Assembly (NCBI GenBank): GCA_013166775.1
Contig: JABLTJ010000007.1
Location: 96,001 to 160,000 of the forward strand
Direction: 5' to 3'
Length of the DNA stretch: 64,000 nt
DNA from: Promethearchaeati archaeon
GTDB lineage: Archaea; Asgardarchaeota; Heimdallarchaeia; Heimdallarchaeales; Heimdallarchaeaceae
Part shown: positions 46,585 through 55,675 of the stretch, one piece after another
Layout of the letters: each line of letters starts with the position of its first letter
Numbering within the stretch: the stretch's first letter is position 1
Notes under the pieces: model-generated
What the model was told of the DNA's origin: nothing
Databases searched by the model: none
What the model saw: the letters and a program-made list of their open reading frames with translations, nothing else
Made by a program: the position numbers and the translations under genes

Positions 46585-48027
46585 ATGGACGATTTTATAG
46601 CTAAAGGTTTAGAAAAAGCGGAAAAGGGAGGAGCATCCTTTGCTGAAGTAAGAGTATTTGGATATAAATATGAAACTACTTCAACAAGAGATGGAGAAGT
46701 TGAAAATGCAGGAATTTATAATGATCGAGGTTACGGAATTCGTGTCATTAAAAATGGTGCATGGGGCTTTGCTTCTACAGCAGTTATTGAAGAGAGCACT
46801 TTAGAACAAATAGCTAAAGCTGCAATTAAAGAAGCTGAAGCAACTAGCAAAGTTCAGAAGAATCCAGTAGAGTTGACAGAGGAACCAATTATGAAAGATA
46901 ATTATAAAACTCCTTTCAAGAAAAATCCATTCGATGTACCAATTGAGGAGAAAATTGAAATTCTAAAAATGTCTGATTCTATTATTACTGAGAAAGGAAA
47001 TATGGTTAAATCTCGAAGCAATAGTATGACTTTCTATAATGTATATCTGGATTATGGAAATAGCGAAGGAACTAGGATAACTCAAGAGGAATTATTTACA
47101 GGAGCTAATGTATCTGTCATAGCTATTGCAGAAGATAATCAATCTAGAAGTGAAGGATTATTTGAGATGAGAGGTTACGAATTCATAGATAAATACGATT
47201 TTGAAGCAACTTCTGACAGAATAGCCAAAGAAGCGATAATTCTAGCAACTGAAGCAAAAGCACCGAAATCTCAAAAAACAGCATTTATTCTTGAACCTTT
47301 TCAATTGGGGTTGACAATCCATGAGAGTTGTGGGCATCCAACCGAACTTGATAGAGTTTTAGGATGGGAAGCTGATTTTGCTGGAACAAGTTTTCTTACT
47401 CAAGATAAACTAGGTTCTGGTTATAAATATGGTTCAGAAAAAACAAATTTGGTATGTGATCCGACTATGCCCTATGTTCTTGGACACGAGAAATATGACC
47501 ATGAAGGTGTAGCAACTAAGAAGTTTGATGTAGTTAGAAATGGAATATTTGAAGGCTATCAATCTGATAGACAAACAGCAAAAATTGTTGGTCTAGAGCA
47601 TAGTAATGGCAATGCTCGTATTGCTCGATATAACAGAATCCCTCTCGTTAGAATGAGCAATCTTTACCTCGAACCAGATACTGAAGGACCAAAGGATTTA
47701 GATGGACTAATTGAAGAAACTAAAGAGGGAATTTATGGAATTGGATGGAAATCCCATTCAATTGATGACAAGAGAACTAATTTCCAATTTTCAGTGCAAA
47801 TAGCTTATGAGATAGAAAATGGAGAGTTAGGCAAACCTCTTAAGAACACAATATACCAAGCTTCAACTCCTCAGTTTTGGGGAGGACTGGATTTAATGAC
47901 TAAAGAATGGCACATCAAAGGATTAGGACCAAGTTGTGGAAAAGGAGCTCCACACATGCAAGCTATCTGGATATCGCATGGAGGACCTTATTCAAGATTT
48001 CAAGACATAAATATCTTTTCTGGGTGA
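46585..48027 (+). CDS. tldD: TldD metalloprotease subunit
   Basis: GYGIRV...GAWGFA, HESCGHPTELDR, RMSN, CGKG...HGGP; start ATG 46585. Confidence 0.92.
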   Translation: MDDFIAKGLEKAEKGGASFAEVRVFGYKYETTSTRDGEVENAGIYNDRGYGIRVIKNGAWGFASTAVIEESTLEQIAKAAIKEAEATSKVQKNPVELTEEPIMKDNYKTPFKKNPFDVPIEEKIEILKMSDSIITEKGNMVKSRSNSMTFYNVYLDYGNSEGTRITQEELFTGANVSVIAIAEDNQSRSEGLFEMRGYEFIDKYDFEATSDRIAKEAIILATEAKAPKSQKTAFILEPFQLGLTIHESCGHPTELDRVLGWEADFAGTSFLTQDKLGSGYKYGSEKTNLVCDPTMPYVLGHEKYDHEGVATKKFDVVRNGIFEGYQSDRQTAKIVGLEHSNGNARIARYNRIPLVRMSNLYLEPDTEGPKDLDGLIEETKEGIYGIGWKSHSIDDKRTNFQFSVQIAYEIENGELGKPLKNTIYQASTPQFWGGLDLMTKEWHIKGLGPSCGKGAPHMQAIWISHGGPYSRFQDINIFSG

Positions 48028-48032
48028 TAAAA

Positions 48033-49412
48033 ATGAGTTTGGAACAACAAAAAGAATTATTGCATGAGCTATCTGATTTAGCTTTGAAGAGAGTTAAGGA
48101 ACTTGGAGCAGAAGCATTTGTTAATTCAAATGTGTCAACCCAATATGCAACTAGATTTTCTAATTCAGAGATACTTCAGAATTATGTCGATTTCAGTAGA
48201 CAGTTTCAATTGACAGTTGTGTATAATGGAAAACAAAAATCAGCTTCAGTGACAAATGATTTATCAAAAGAGAGCATTTTGAATCTAGTAAAATTTGTAA
48301 CAAAAGCTGCCAAGATAGTACCTCCAGATCCTATGTACCCTGGTATCTTGAAAGAGATACAAGATTATCCTAAACTAAAACTAAATGATCCTCAAGCTCG
48401 TTCTCTTGAACCTGATGACATTGTAGATAAAATTAAAGGAGCAATTATTGCAGGAGAAGCAGTAGACAAAAGTGTTGCTGGTGTTTCAGGTAATTTTCTT
48501 CTATCAGATGGTTATAGATTGTTCTCATCAACTTCTGATGTAGAAGTTGTTTATCCTGGGACTACTATGAGATCCAATCTCAACATTCAAGCACAAAAGA
48601 ACTGCGAGGAGAGTAGATCTAACAGTAATTTTGGAACTCGTTTCTTTAGCAAATTAGATATGGAGAAGGAATCTACTGAAGTAGCAGAAAGAGCTGTCAA
48701 AGGTTTAGGAGCTGTTTCTATAGAACCAGGAGAGTATGAAGTACTTCTTGATCACCAAGCTGTAGCTACAGTACTCCGAATGACTGCCTTCGCAACATCT
48801 TCAATGCAACTAATAAACAGAAGAAGTTTCTTGATGGATAAGATTGGTCAACAAGTTTTTGACAAAGATTATACTATCACAAATGAACCTCACAATGTTG
48901 AACTCCTTAGTGCCCGTCCCTTAGATGATGAAGGTTTAGCAACACAAAGTTTCCCAGTCTTTGAAAACGGAGTACTAAAGAACTACTCATACTCAAGGCT
49001 TCACGCAGCTAAAATAGGAGCTCAACCTAAAGGATGTGCATTAAGCTTCATGGGTAGAACAATAGGAATTCCATTCGCAATGGCAATGAAACCAGGAATC
49101 AAATCAAAAGAAAATCTGATTTCAGAAATGGATGATGGATTATTGATCACCAATCTTCATTATACAAATTATGTTAATCCTCCAGTAGGTTCAATAACAG
49201 GTATGTCTAAAGATGGACTTTTCATCATCAAGAATGGAGAGATTGTAGGTTCTGCTAAGAACATGAGATTTACAGATGAATTACCTAGATTTTTAGCTGA
49301 TATTGATGTTGGTAAGGAATTGAGACAACCAGTTTCAGGAATGGGAATTGGAGGATTAGTTGCGCCCATAAGAGCAAAAACCTTCAGATTCACTAGTAAA
49401 ACAGAACATTAA
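48033..49412 (+). CDS. pmbA: PmbA/TldE subunit
   Basis: TRFSNS, EPGEYEVLL, DDEG, NMRF; lacks HExxH; GGTGA SD before ATG 48033. Confidence 0.88.
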   Translation: MSLEQQKELLHELSDLALKRVKELGAEAFVNSNVSTQYATRFSNSEILQNYVDFSRQFQLTVVYNGKQKSASVTNDLSKESILNLVKFVTKAAKIVPPDPMYPGILKEIQDYPKLKLNDPQARSLEPDDIVDKIKGAIIAGEAVDKSVAGVSGNFLLSDGYRLFSSTSDVEVVYPGTTMRSNLNIQAQKNCEESRSNSNFGTRFFSKLDMEKESTEVAERAVKGLGAVSIEPGEYEVLLDHQAVATVLRMTAFATSSMQLINRRSFLMDKIGQQVFDKDYTITNEPHNVELLSARPLDDEGLATQSFPVFENGVLKNYSYSRLHAAKIGAQPKGCALSFMGRTIGIPFAMAMKPGIKSKENLISEMDDGLLITNLHYTNYVNPPVGSITGMSKDGLFIIKNGEIVGSAKNMRFTDELPRFLADIDVGKELRQPVSGMGIGGLVAPIRAKTFRFTSKTEH

Positions 49413-49420
49413 TTTATTCA

Positions 49421-49453
49421 TGGAATCTTAAGATTCCACCTTTCTTTTTATTT
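49421..49453. terminator. Perfect 18-bp palindrome followed by a T-rich tract between convergent genes
   Basis: TGGAATCTTAAGATTCCA (49421-49438) then CCTTTCTTTTTATTT. Confidence 0.5.
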
Positions 49454-49592
49454 CAAAAGAATACTTATCTTTATCTATCCAAGGACATGCGTCACAGTCT
49501 GAACACTCTCCATAACAATTATTTCTAGACATGAAGACTTTTACTAACCACCTTCTTACTTTTGTCCAAAAGGATAGTTGTTCTTGCTTCAT
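49428..49592 (-). CDS. FeoB-associated Cys-rich small protein (54 aa)
   Basis: ATG directly follows the feoB TAA; MKQEQLSFWTKVRRWLVKVFMSRNNCYGECSDCDACPWIDKDKYSFEIKRKVES*. Confidence 0.7.
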   Translation of the reverse strand: MKQEQLSFWTKVRRWLVKVFMSRNNCYGECSDCDACPWIDKDKYSFEIKRKVES

Positions 49593-51608
49593 TTACATCA
49601 CAAAATTCAGGATTTGAAAAACTATTGTCGTAAAAATTATTGTAACTATTATTGGATAATAGAATCCAAGAGCAGTCAATTTCCAGCTTTTTGTTTCAGA
49701 TCGAATAGCTGCTAGAGCAGCAAAACAAGGAGCATAGGTTAGTTGAAATAGTAAAAAGGAAATTGCTTGAGGTATAGACCAGCTAGCCTTTAGAACTTCG
49801 ATTATGCTTCCTCCTGTGGAATATAGAATACCTAAAGCAGAAATTATTGCTTCCTTAGCAGGAATACCGAATAAAAGTGGGATAACCATTTTCCAATCTA
49901 AACCAAGAAGTGGTTCTGTAACATAAGATATACCTCGACCAAGATAGCCTGCGATAGTTCTTTCAGGAGGAGCTCCAAATGGAATACTGCTCATTAACCA
50001 GATAAATAATGAAGCAATGAAAATAAAAGTACCTGCTTTTTTAATGAAAATACCTGCTCTCGTCCAAGTTAGGTAGTAGATATTTCTTAGCCTTGGTCTT
50101 CTGTATTCAGGCAACTCCATAATCAGTGGTAATGGATCATTTTTCTTAAAAAACAGACCAAATAATAATGAGGATGCAAGAACAAGAAATATACTAAAAC
50201 CATAGAGAGTGAGCATAAGTAAGGCAGCTAACCAAGGTTCAAAAAATATCCCAGTCAGAAAAGCAATAACTCCCAAACGAGCTGCACAAGGTAAGAATGA
50301 ATTTGTAATTATCATAGAAATTCTATCTTTCTCATTTTTGATAGTTCTGGTTGCCATTATCCCTGCCACATTGCATCCAAATCCCATAACCATACTAAGA
50401 AAAGCTGTTCCTTGAAGACCGAATTTACTCATTACTCTATCCATTATGAAAGCTGATCTTGCGAGGTATCCTGAATCTTCCATGATAGCTATTAGAGAAT
50501 AAAAAATAACGATTATTGGTATGAATAAAAGGACAGCAGCAATTCCTGCTATAATTCCATTCACTATAAGACTAGTTAATATTGCAGGACTGTTGATATT
50601 AATTAACCAATTTTCAACTATAAAAGAGAATTGTGATATTCCTAAATCTATTCCATTAATAATGGGTGATGAAGCATAAAAAGTGATTAGAAAAAAAGCT
50701 GCATAAATCACTATTAATATAGGATAACTCCAGAATTTGTTTAATATAATTTTGTCTACCTTATCGCTTCGACTTTCTTGAAAATCTTTAAATCCAGTAA
50801 CTGAAGATGCTACTATTTTATGAAGAATAGAATACTTACTTTTAGAAAGTTCTACATTTAAATCGAGCTTTTCCGATTTTGCTAGTTTGTTAATTTTATC
50901 AAATACATTTGTTAGATCATATTCAGCTTCAAGTGTTTCTATTACACTTTCATCTCCTTCAAGAATTTTCACAGCTAACCATCTAGTTGGATATTCTGTA
51001 CAAATACTTCTGTATTCAATTTGTCGAGAAATACTTTGAATCATCAACTCAATTTTTGTTGAATACAACAACATTGCGGGATTAAATTCATACTTGTCGG
51101 TATGAATAGCATCATAGAGAAATTTCTTGATTCTTATCACACTATTATCATCGGTTGCACTAACTAAAAGAACTGGAACACCTAGCTGTTCCTCCAATTT
51201 TTTGTTATCTATATATAATCCAATTTTCTCTGCTAAATCAGTCATATTAATGAAGATAGCAATTTTCTTTGTCAATTCCATTGTTTGTAAAGCTAGAAAC
51301 AACGTTCTCTCTAATCGTGTAGCGTCAGATATTATACATACCAAATCTGGTTCTTCTTCTGTAATGAATTTACGAGTTACTATTTCCTCATCTGAACGAG
51401 CTGATAAAGAATAAGTACCAGGTAAATCTATGAGTGAGAAAAATTCATCAGATAAAATAAAATGTCCTTCCTTTTTCTCGATTGTCTTTCCAGGCCAGTT
51501 TCCAACATGTTGGTGACTCCCAGTTAGAAGATTAAAGAGGGAAGATTTTCCAACATTTGGATTACCTAAAAAAACAATTTTGTGTTCAATTATATGATCA
51601 TTCTGCAT
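49593..51608 (-). CDS. feoB: Ferrous iron transporter FeoB
   Basis: GNPNVGKS, VGNWPG.T, DLPGTYS, NMTD, EDSGY.AR, GFGCNV, PC.AR, ELPEY. Confidence 0.95.
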   Translation of the reverse strand: MQNDHIIEHKIVFLGNPNVGKSSLFNLLTGSHQHVGNWPGKTIEKKEGHFILSDEFFSLIDLPGTYSLSARSDEEIVTRKFITEEEPDLVCIISDATRLERTLFLALQTMELTKKIAIFINMTDLAEKIGLYIDNKKLEEQLGVPVLLVSATDDNSVIRIKKFLYDAIHTDKYEFNPAMLLYSTKIELMIQSISRQIEYRSICTEYPTRWLAVKILEGDESVIETLEAEYDLTNVFDKINKLAKSEKLDLNVELSKSKYSILHKIVASSVTGFKDFQESRSDKVDKIILNKFWSYPILIVIYAAFFLITFYASSPIINGIDLGISQFSFIVENWLININSPAILTSLIVNGIIAGIAAVLLFIPIIVIFYSLIAIMEDSGYLARSAFIMDRVMSKFGLQGTAFLSMVMGFGCNVAGIMATRTIKNEKDRISMIITNSFLPCAARLGVIAFLTGIFFEPWLAALLMLTLYGFSIFLVLASSLLFGLFFKKNDPLPLIMELPEYRRPRLRNIYYLTWTRAGIFIKKAGTFIFIASLFIWLMSSIPFGAPPERTIAGYLGRGISYVTEPLLGLDWKMVIPLLFGIPAKEAIISALGILYSTGGSIIEVLKASWSIPQAISFLLFQLTYAPCFAALAAIRSETKSWKLTALGFYYPIIVTIIFTTIVFQILNFVM

Positions 51609-51730
51609 TGTTTTTCTGTAAGGTGTAAAAGATTTCTTATTTCCTTCAAATCTCCTATTCCTTCTTCTGTGATGCTTATATCGTAATTTATCTTTACGAA
51701 GCTTTTCACCTTGAAAATTTCGAGTAATAT

Positions 51731-51973
51731 TTACTCCTCCAGCAAAACTTTAACCTTTATTGCTAATCCTCTACCTATAGCTACTCTTGTTCCTTTAACT
51801 TCAACAATTACAGGACCAACATCATTTTTCGTAACCCGGATTCTTTCACCTTCATGAATCCCTAGATCAGCTAAGAATCTTTGAGCTTTATATCCTGCTG
51901 AGATTTCTTTAACTAGTACTATTTTATTCTCATCAATATCAATCAATAGTAAAAGCTGTTTCATAAAGCTCAA
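51731..51973 (-). CDS. feoA: Ferrous iron transport protein FeoA
   Basis: LADLGI.EG, GPVIVEVKGTRVAIGRGLA. Confidence 0.9.
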   Translation of the reverse strand: MSFMKQLLLLIDIDENKIVLVKEISAGYKAQRFLADLGIHEGERIRVTKNDVGPVIVEVKGTRVAIGRGLAIKVKVLLEE

Positions 51974-52003
51974 GTCACTCTCGAGCTAATCCTATTTAAA
52001 ATT

Positions 52004-52053
52004 TTTTGATATATCCAAATTTAATTTTTGGATTGTAAAAGCCCCAATCCAAA
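52004..52053. promoter_or_regulatory. Inverted repeats upstream of feoA (putative metal-repressor operator)
   Basis: TTTTGATATATCCAAA (52004-52019, near-palindrome) and TTTGGATTG-N9-CAATCCAAA (52027-52053). Confidence 0.5.
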
Positions 52054-52152
52054 TTTTACGTCAATATTATCGATATTACGAACAATTAATTTAAAAAATA
52101 TCAATAAATTTTAATAAGTAATCACTTAATTTTTCTACAACTAGATTGAATT

Positions 52153-53226
52153 TTAAGAATTAGACTTTTTTGACTCTGGTTCAGCTACAGGTATTTTAAG
52201 AATCATTCTAGTTCCCACTATATTTCCCATCCTTTTAACATCTTCAATTCTCATTCTTATTTGATATCTTTGTAATAATGATTGAATGACAGCTATATCT
52301 AGTTTTCTTCTATCAAATTCTTTTGCTTGAAGGATTTCTAGCTTTTCTTCTTCTGAAAGAATTACACCCTCAAAGTGTAATTTGATTCTTGATGTCTCAT
52401 AGACAGGAGGATCAACAGTAATCTCAACACTAATTTCGTCTTTAGCATACTCAAGCATTCTGACAATAAGGTTCACAAAAACACGTGAGAGGAATTCATC
52501 ACCAATCACAACAAATTTGACTACTCTTACTAAGTCTATTTTGATAGTAGTAGAGAAGAAATTTTCAAGATATCGAACTGCATGATTTATTACATCCTCA
52601 ATCTTTTGATTATTCAGAGGTTTGTCTTCTTCTATTAATAAACTAATATTTGCATTTTGAATAAGATAGATCGCTTTTACAGTAATATCTCTCATCTTTT
52701 CAAGCATTTGTTGTCCAGTAATCATTTCCATTTTACCTATTTTGTAGAGTCTTTGGAAGAAATCAATATAACCAATCTCAGCGTGTAATTTATTTAACAA
52801 ATCATGTTGGAAAAGTTCAAAAAAGAACTGTCTTTGAAGAGCAGAATCAATCATGGCTTGGATATCTCTGCAGATTAGGACGATATAACTAAATTCCACA
52901 GACTGTATTAAAGTAGAAGACAAATGAAAAATGATTTCTTCCTTTTCTTTAACAATGAAGGTAAACCTCTTTAATTCTGTTCCACTTTTAGATGTATTAT
53001 CCAAGAATTCTTTCAATTGCTGTTTTTCTTTGATGAACTTAGATATGTTTTTTTGTTTAATTTCAGCCAAAGTAATTCCAAAATATCTACAAGCTTGGAT
53101 ATTAACATCAAGAATTTTTCCGTTGGTTTCAACTATCATTATCATATCTAAACTGTTCTGGAAAATTGTGTCAAATGTTTCTTGAAACAGATTAATATCG
53201 TCATTGGATTTCATGATACAACTCAC
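52153..53226 (-). CDS. PAS domain plus degenerate histidine-kinase-like protein
   Basis: PAS (FQNSLDMI...GKILDVN...CRDI); H-box QHDLLNKL; N/G boxes degenerate. Confidence 0.75.
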   Translation of the reverse strand: MSCIMKSNDDINLFQETFDTIFQNSLDMIMIVETNGKILDVNIQACRYFGITLAEIKQKNISKFIKEKQQLKEFLDNTSKSGTELKRFTFIVKEKEEIIFHLSSTLIQSVEFSYIVLICRDIQAMIDSALQRQFFFELFQHDLLNKLHAEIGYIDFFQRLYKIGKMEMITGQQMLEKMRDITVKAIYLIQNANISLLIEEDKPLNNQKIEDVINHAVRYLENFFSTTIKIDLVRVVKFVVIGDEFLSRVFVNLIVRMLEYAKDEISVEITVDPPVYETSRIKLHFEGVILSEEEKLEILQAKEFDRRKLDIAVIQSLLQRYQIRMRIEDVKRMGNIVGTRMILKIPVAEPESKKSNS

Positions 53227-53290
53227 TTAGAGTAAGTATTATTTTAGTATGCAAGAAAGATAAAAGCATTTCGAAACTACAGAGATTATT

Positions 53291-53860
53291 TTAATACCAA
53301 ACATCTTTCAGTTTCAGAGCTAAAGCTAGAAATCCTGAGAAGAAATGCAGTATAGGAGTTATTATTAACAGTGTGACAACATAAAACCAAAGATTGGTTT
53401 CACCCCAAATGAAAGGTAAAGCAAATAACAGACCAGTTACCATCCAAGATCCTTGATCATAAAGAGGGAGTGCTCCACCTGGTTTGACGTTTATTCTTCT
53501 TTTAATAAAAGAACCCAAGAGATCTGAAAAATGGTCACCTATGCTCATAAAAATACCTACATACCAAGGGTAAAAAAGGAATATATCCCTTTTAACATGA
53601 GCCATATACCATACAACTACACCTGTTATTGTTCCGAAAATGATTCCAAAGATAATTCCTCTCCATGTTTTATGATCTCCAAAAATTCTTTTTCCATCCT
53701 TCATAGTTTTATTAAAATCGACAGGTGTTCCTAGGAAAGGTATTATTTTACTTATGTTTGCGAAAGAATTACATGCATAAACAGGAGCACCAAAAACAAG
53801 AGCATAAAAAACCATTAAAAAGAATGTACCCGCATTCATTGGGAAAGAAAATGCATCCAT
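53291..53860 (-). CDS. carS: CDP-archaeol synthase
   Basis: PVY.CN, PVDF...DGKRIFGDHKTWRG, D.LGSFIKRR, P.YDQ, H......LKLKDVW. Confidence 0.9.
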   Translation of the reverse strand: MDAFSFPMNAGTFFLMVFYALVFGAPVYACNSFANISKIIPFLGTPVDFNKTMKDGKRIFGDHKTWRGIIFGIIFGTITGVVVWYMAHVKRDIFLFYPWYVGIFMSIGDHFSDLLGSFIKRRINVKPGGALPLYDQGSWMVTGLLFALPFIWGETNLWFYVVTLLIITPILHFFSGFLALALKLKDVWY

Positions 53861-54000
53861 AAATATTGAATTTTTACAACAACATTAAAAGATTTTGCAA
53901 GAGATATGCATCTTTTTACTGATAATCTGCTGTAATTTGGGAAAGATTAATATTAGATTTAAAATCTTCTATTTCTGTAGTGTAAAGCTGGGATTCAACA

Positions 54001-54909
54001 GTGTCATCAAATCCAAGAAGACGAAAAATAGATTATGAATGTAATAAGTGCAAGAATACACGTATTTTATACATTTTACCTTCTTTACACCAAAGTGTAG
54101 ATGAAAAAGGGTATATTGAATATGTAGATGTCCATGCTTGCGAGGATGATAAACTTACAGCTAACATTCTCTATGTCGATCGCTCAATGGTTGTACGATC
54201 TCAAGTTCCAGTTAAGGTAGGAGATGACATTTCTACAGAAGATATTACTACAATGCATATTCCCGTTCCAAAGAAAGTTGATTTTAAAGATGCAATGATT
54301 AATCCAATCAAAGAATTCAGACATAAAAATCTAAAAGCAATAAAAATTGTTGATAGATTGCGACAGACTAATTTTCAGCTCAAAAAGAAAGGAGATGGGA
54401 AGAAAGTTGATGTCAGTTCTGAATTGGAATTCATAGATATAGAAGCTAATGTGGGGAGGAATGTTGAACCTGAGATTGCAGAGGATTGGTTCAAACAGGT
54501 AGCAGCGATTTTGGAAGCGATTGTTCTTCTAGATGAAGAAATGTTATCCTATATTGTTGCTTATTTGGATTCTAAACTTGATTCTATTCCTACTGGTGAA
54601 AGCATTATTGAAATCGATATGATTTTACACGCAAAGAGCTCATTCCCTATTGCTTCTTTGAAATCTTATGCGACCTTTAGAAGACAGTGGTCTATGATCA
54701 GAAGCGATTTCGAAGGAAAAGAATTCCCTATGTATGAAAAACTAATAACCTATTGTATTGGCAATCAGTATAAAACGCTATTAGATATTTACTTCAAAGC
54801 TATGAATGCGATCTCATTCAATGGTTTCATTGACCACATGGAAGATCTTGCAATGTTAGGATTGCTTAACATCCAAAAAACACAATTCTTTACAGTTAAA
54901 GAAGAATGA
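54001..54909 (+). CDS. Hypothetical protein with an N-terminal CxxC/HxC metal-binding motif
   Basis: YECNKC...VDVHAC...ILYVDRSMVVRSQ; possible C-terminal wHTH. Confidence 0.7.
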   Translation: MSSNPRRRKIDYECNKCKNTRILYILPSLHQSVDEKGYIEYVDVHACEDDKLTANILYVDRSMVVRSQVPVKVGDDISTEDITTMHIPVPKKVDFKDAMINPIKEFRHKNLKAIKIVDRLRQTNFQLKKKGDGKKVDVSSELEFIDIEANVGRNVEPEIAEDWFKQVAAILEAIVLLDEEMLSYIVAYLDSKLDSIPTGESIIEIDMILHAKSSFPIASLKSYATFRRQWSMIRSDFEGKEFPMYEKLITYCIGNQYKTLLDIYFKAMNAISFNGFIDHMEDLAMLGLLNIQKTQFFTVKEE

Positions 54910-54946
54910 GATTTTAGTGGAAAAAAATTTGTGGGGAGATTCGTTC

Positions 54947-55512
54947 TTATTCTAAAGATATCTTTGGTTCAAATGATTTATACAAACTAAAAGGAAGTCC
55001 CATGAATATAAGTTTTTTAGACATTTCCCCCCAGTCAATGCTTCCTGTATCAATTATACTTACAGTAGTTTTTTGAGTAGCAAAAGGTATCGATGATGAT
55101 ACATAACAGCAGCTTAAAGCAGTACCAAATTTCCTTAGAAAACTATCAAAAAACTTTACAACACGATACTTCGTCATGAGTCTTGTAATGAATTTAACCA
55201 TTGGTTTGTTGCTTATTAGTCTTGATGCGAATAACCAATTTATGAATCTTGTACTTCTTAGTTGGCGTTTTATTTTTTGCTTCTCTTTTTTAGTCAAAGC
55301 ATCTTCAGGTGTGAATAGATAAACTGCAGAAAATTCAGGTTGTTTGATGTAATTTTTGTCGAAATTTTCTATCCCTATTAGTCATCGCAAAATGATTTTA
55401 CACCAGGATTCTTAATAGTATCGAAATTTTCGGGTAATTCATCTTCTTTCAAGAATTTTACTCCCACAATTCTTTCAAATTCTAAACTTTGTTTTGTGAA
55501 CTCATAAATCAA
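54947..55512 (-). pseudogene. Probable DUF169-like gene remnant (frameshift/internal deletion)
   Basis: 55512..55378 encodes ...IVGVKFLKEDELPE...SFCDD*; a different frame continues ...SCCYVSSSIPFATQKTTVSIIDTG...MGLPF. Confidence 0.5.
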
Positions 55513-55675
55513 ACACCATAATTACAGTAAATTAAGCAAAAAAATGGTTTTTTTGTAAGAATTTAAAGGTATCGTAAAATTTAGAAACTTAACCAAATAC
55601 TTAACATTCTCAATTTTGATAAAAATTCAGTTATTCTTCAGTAAATCTAATAAGGAGTAAATCTGGTAACATTTA

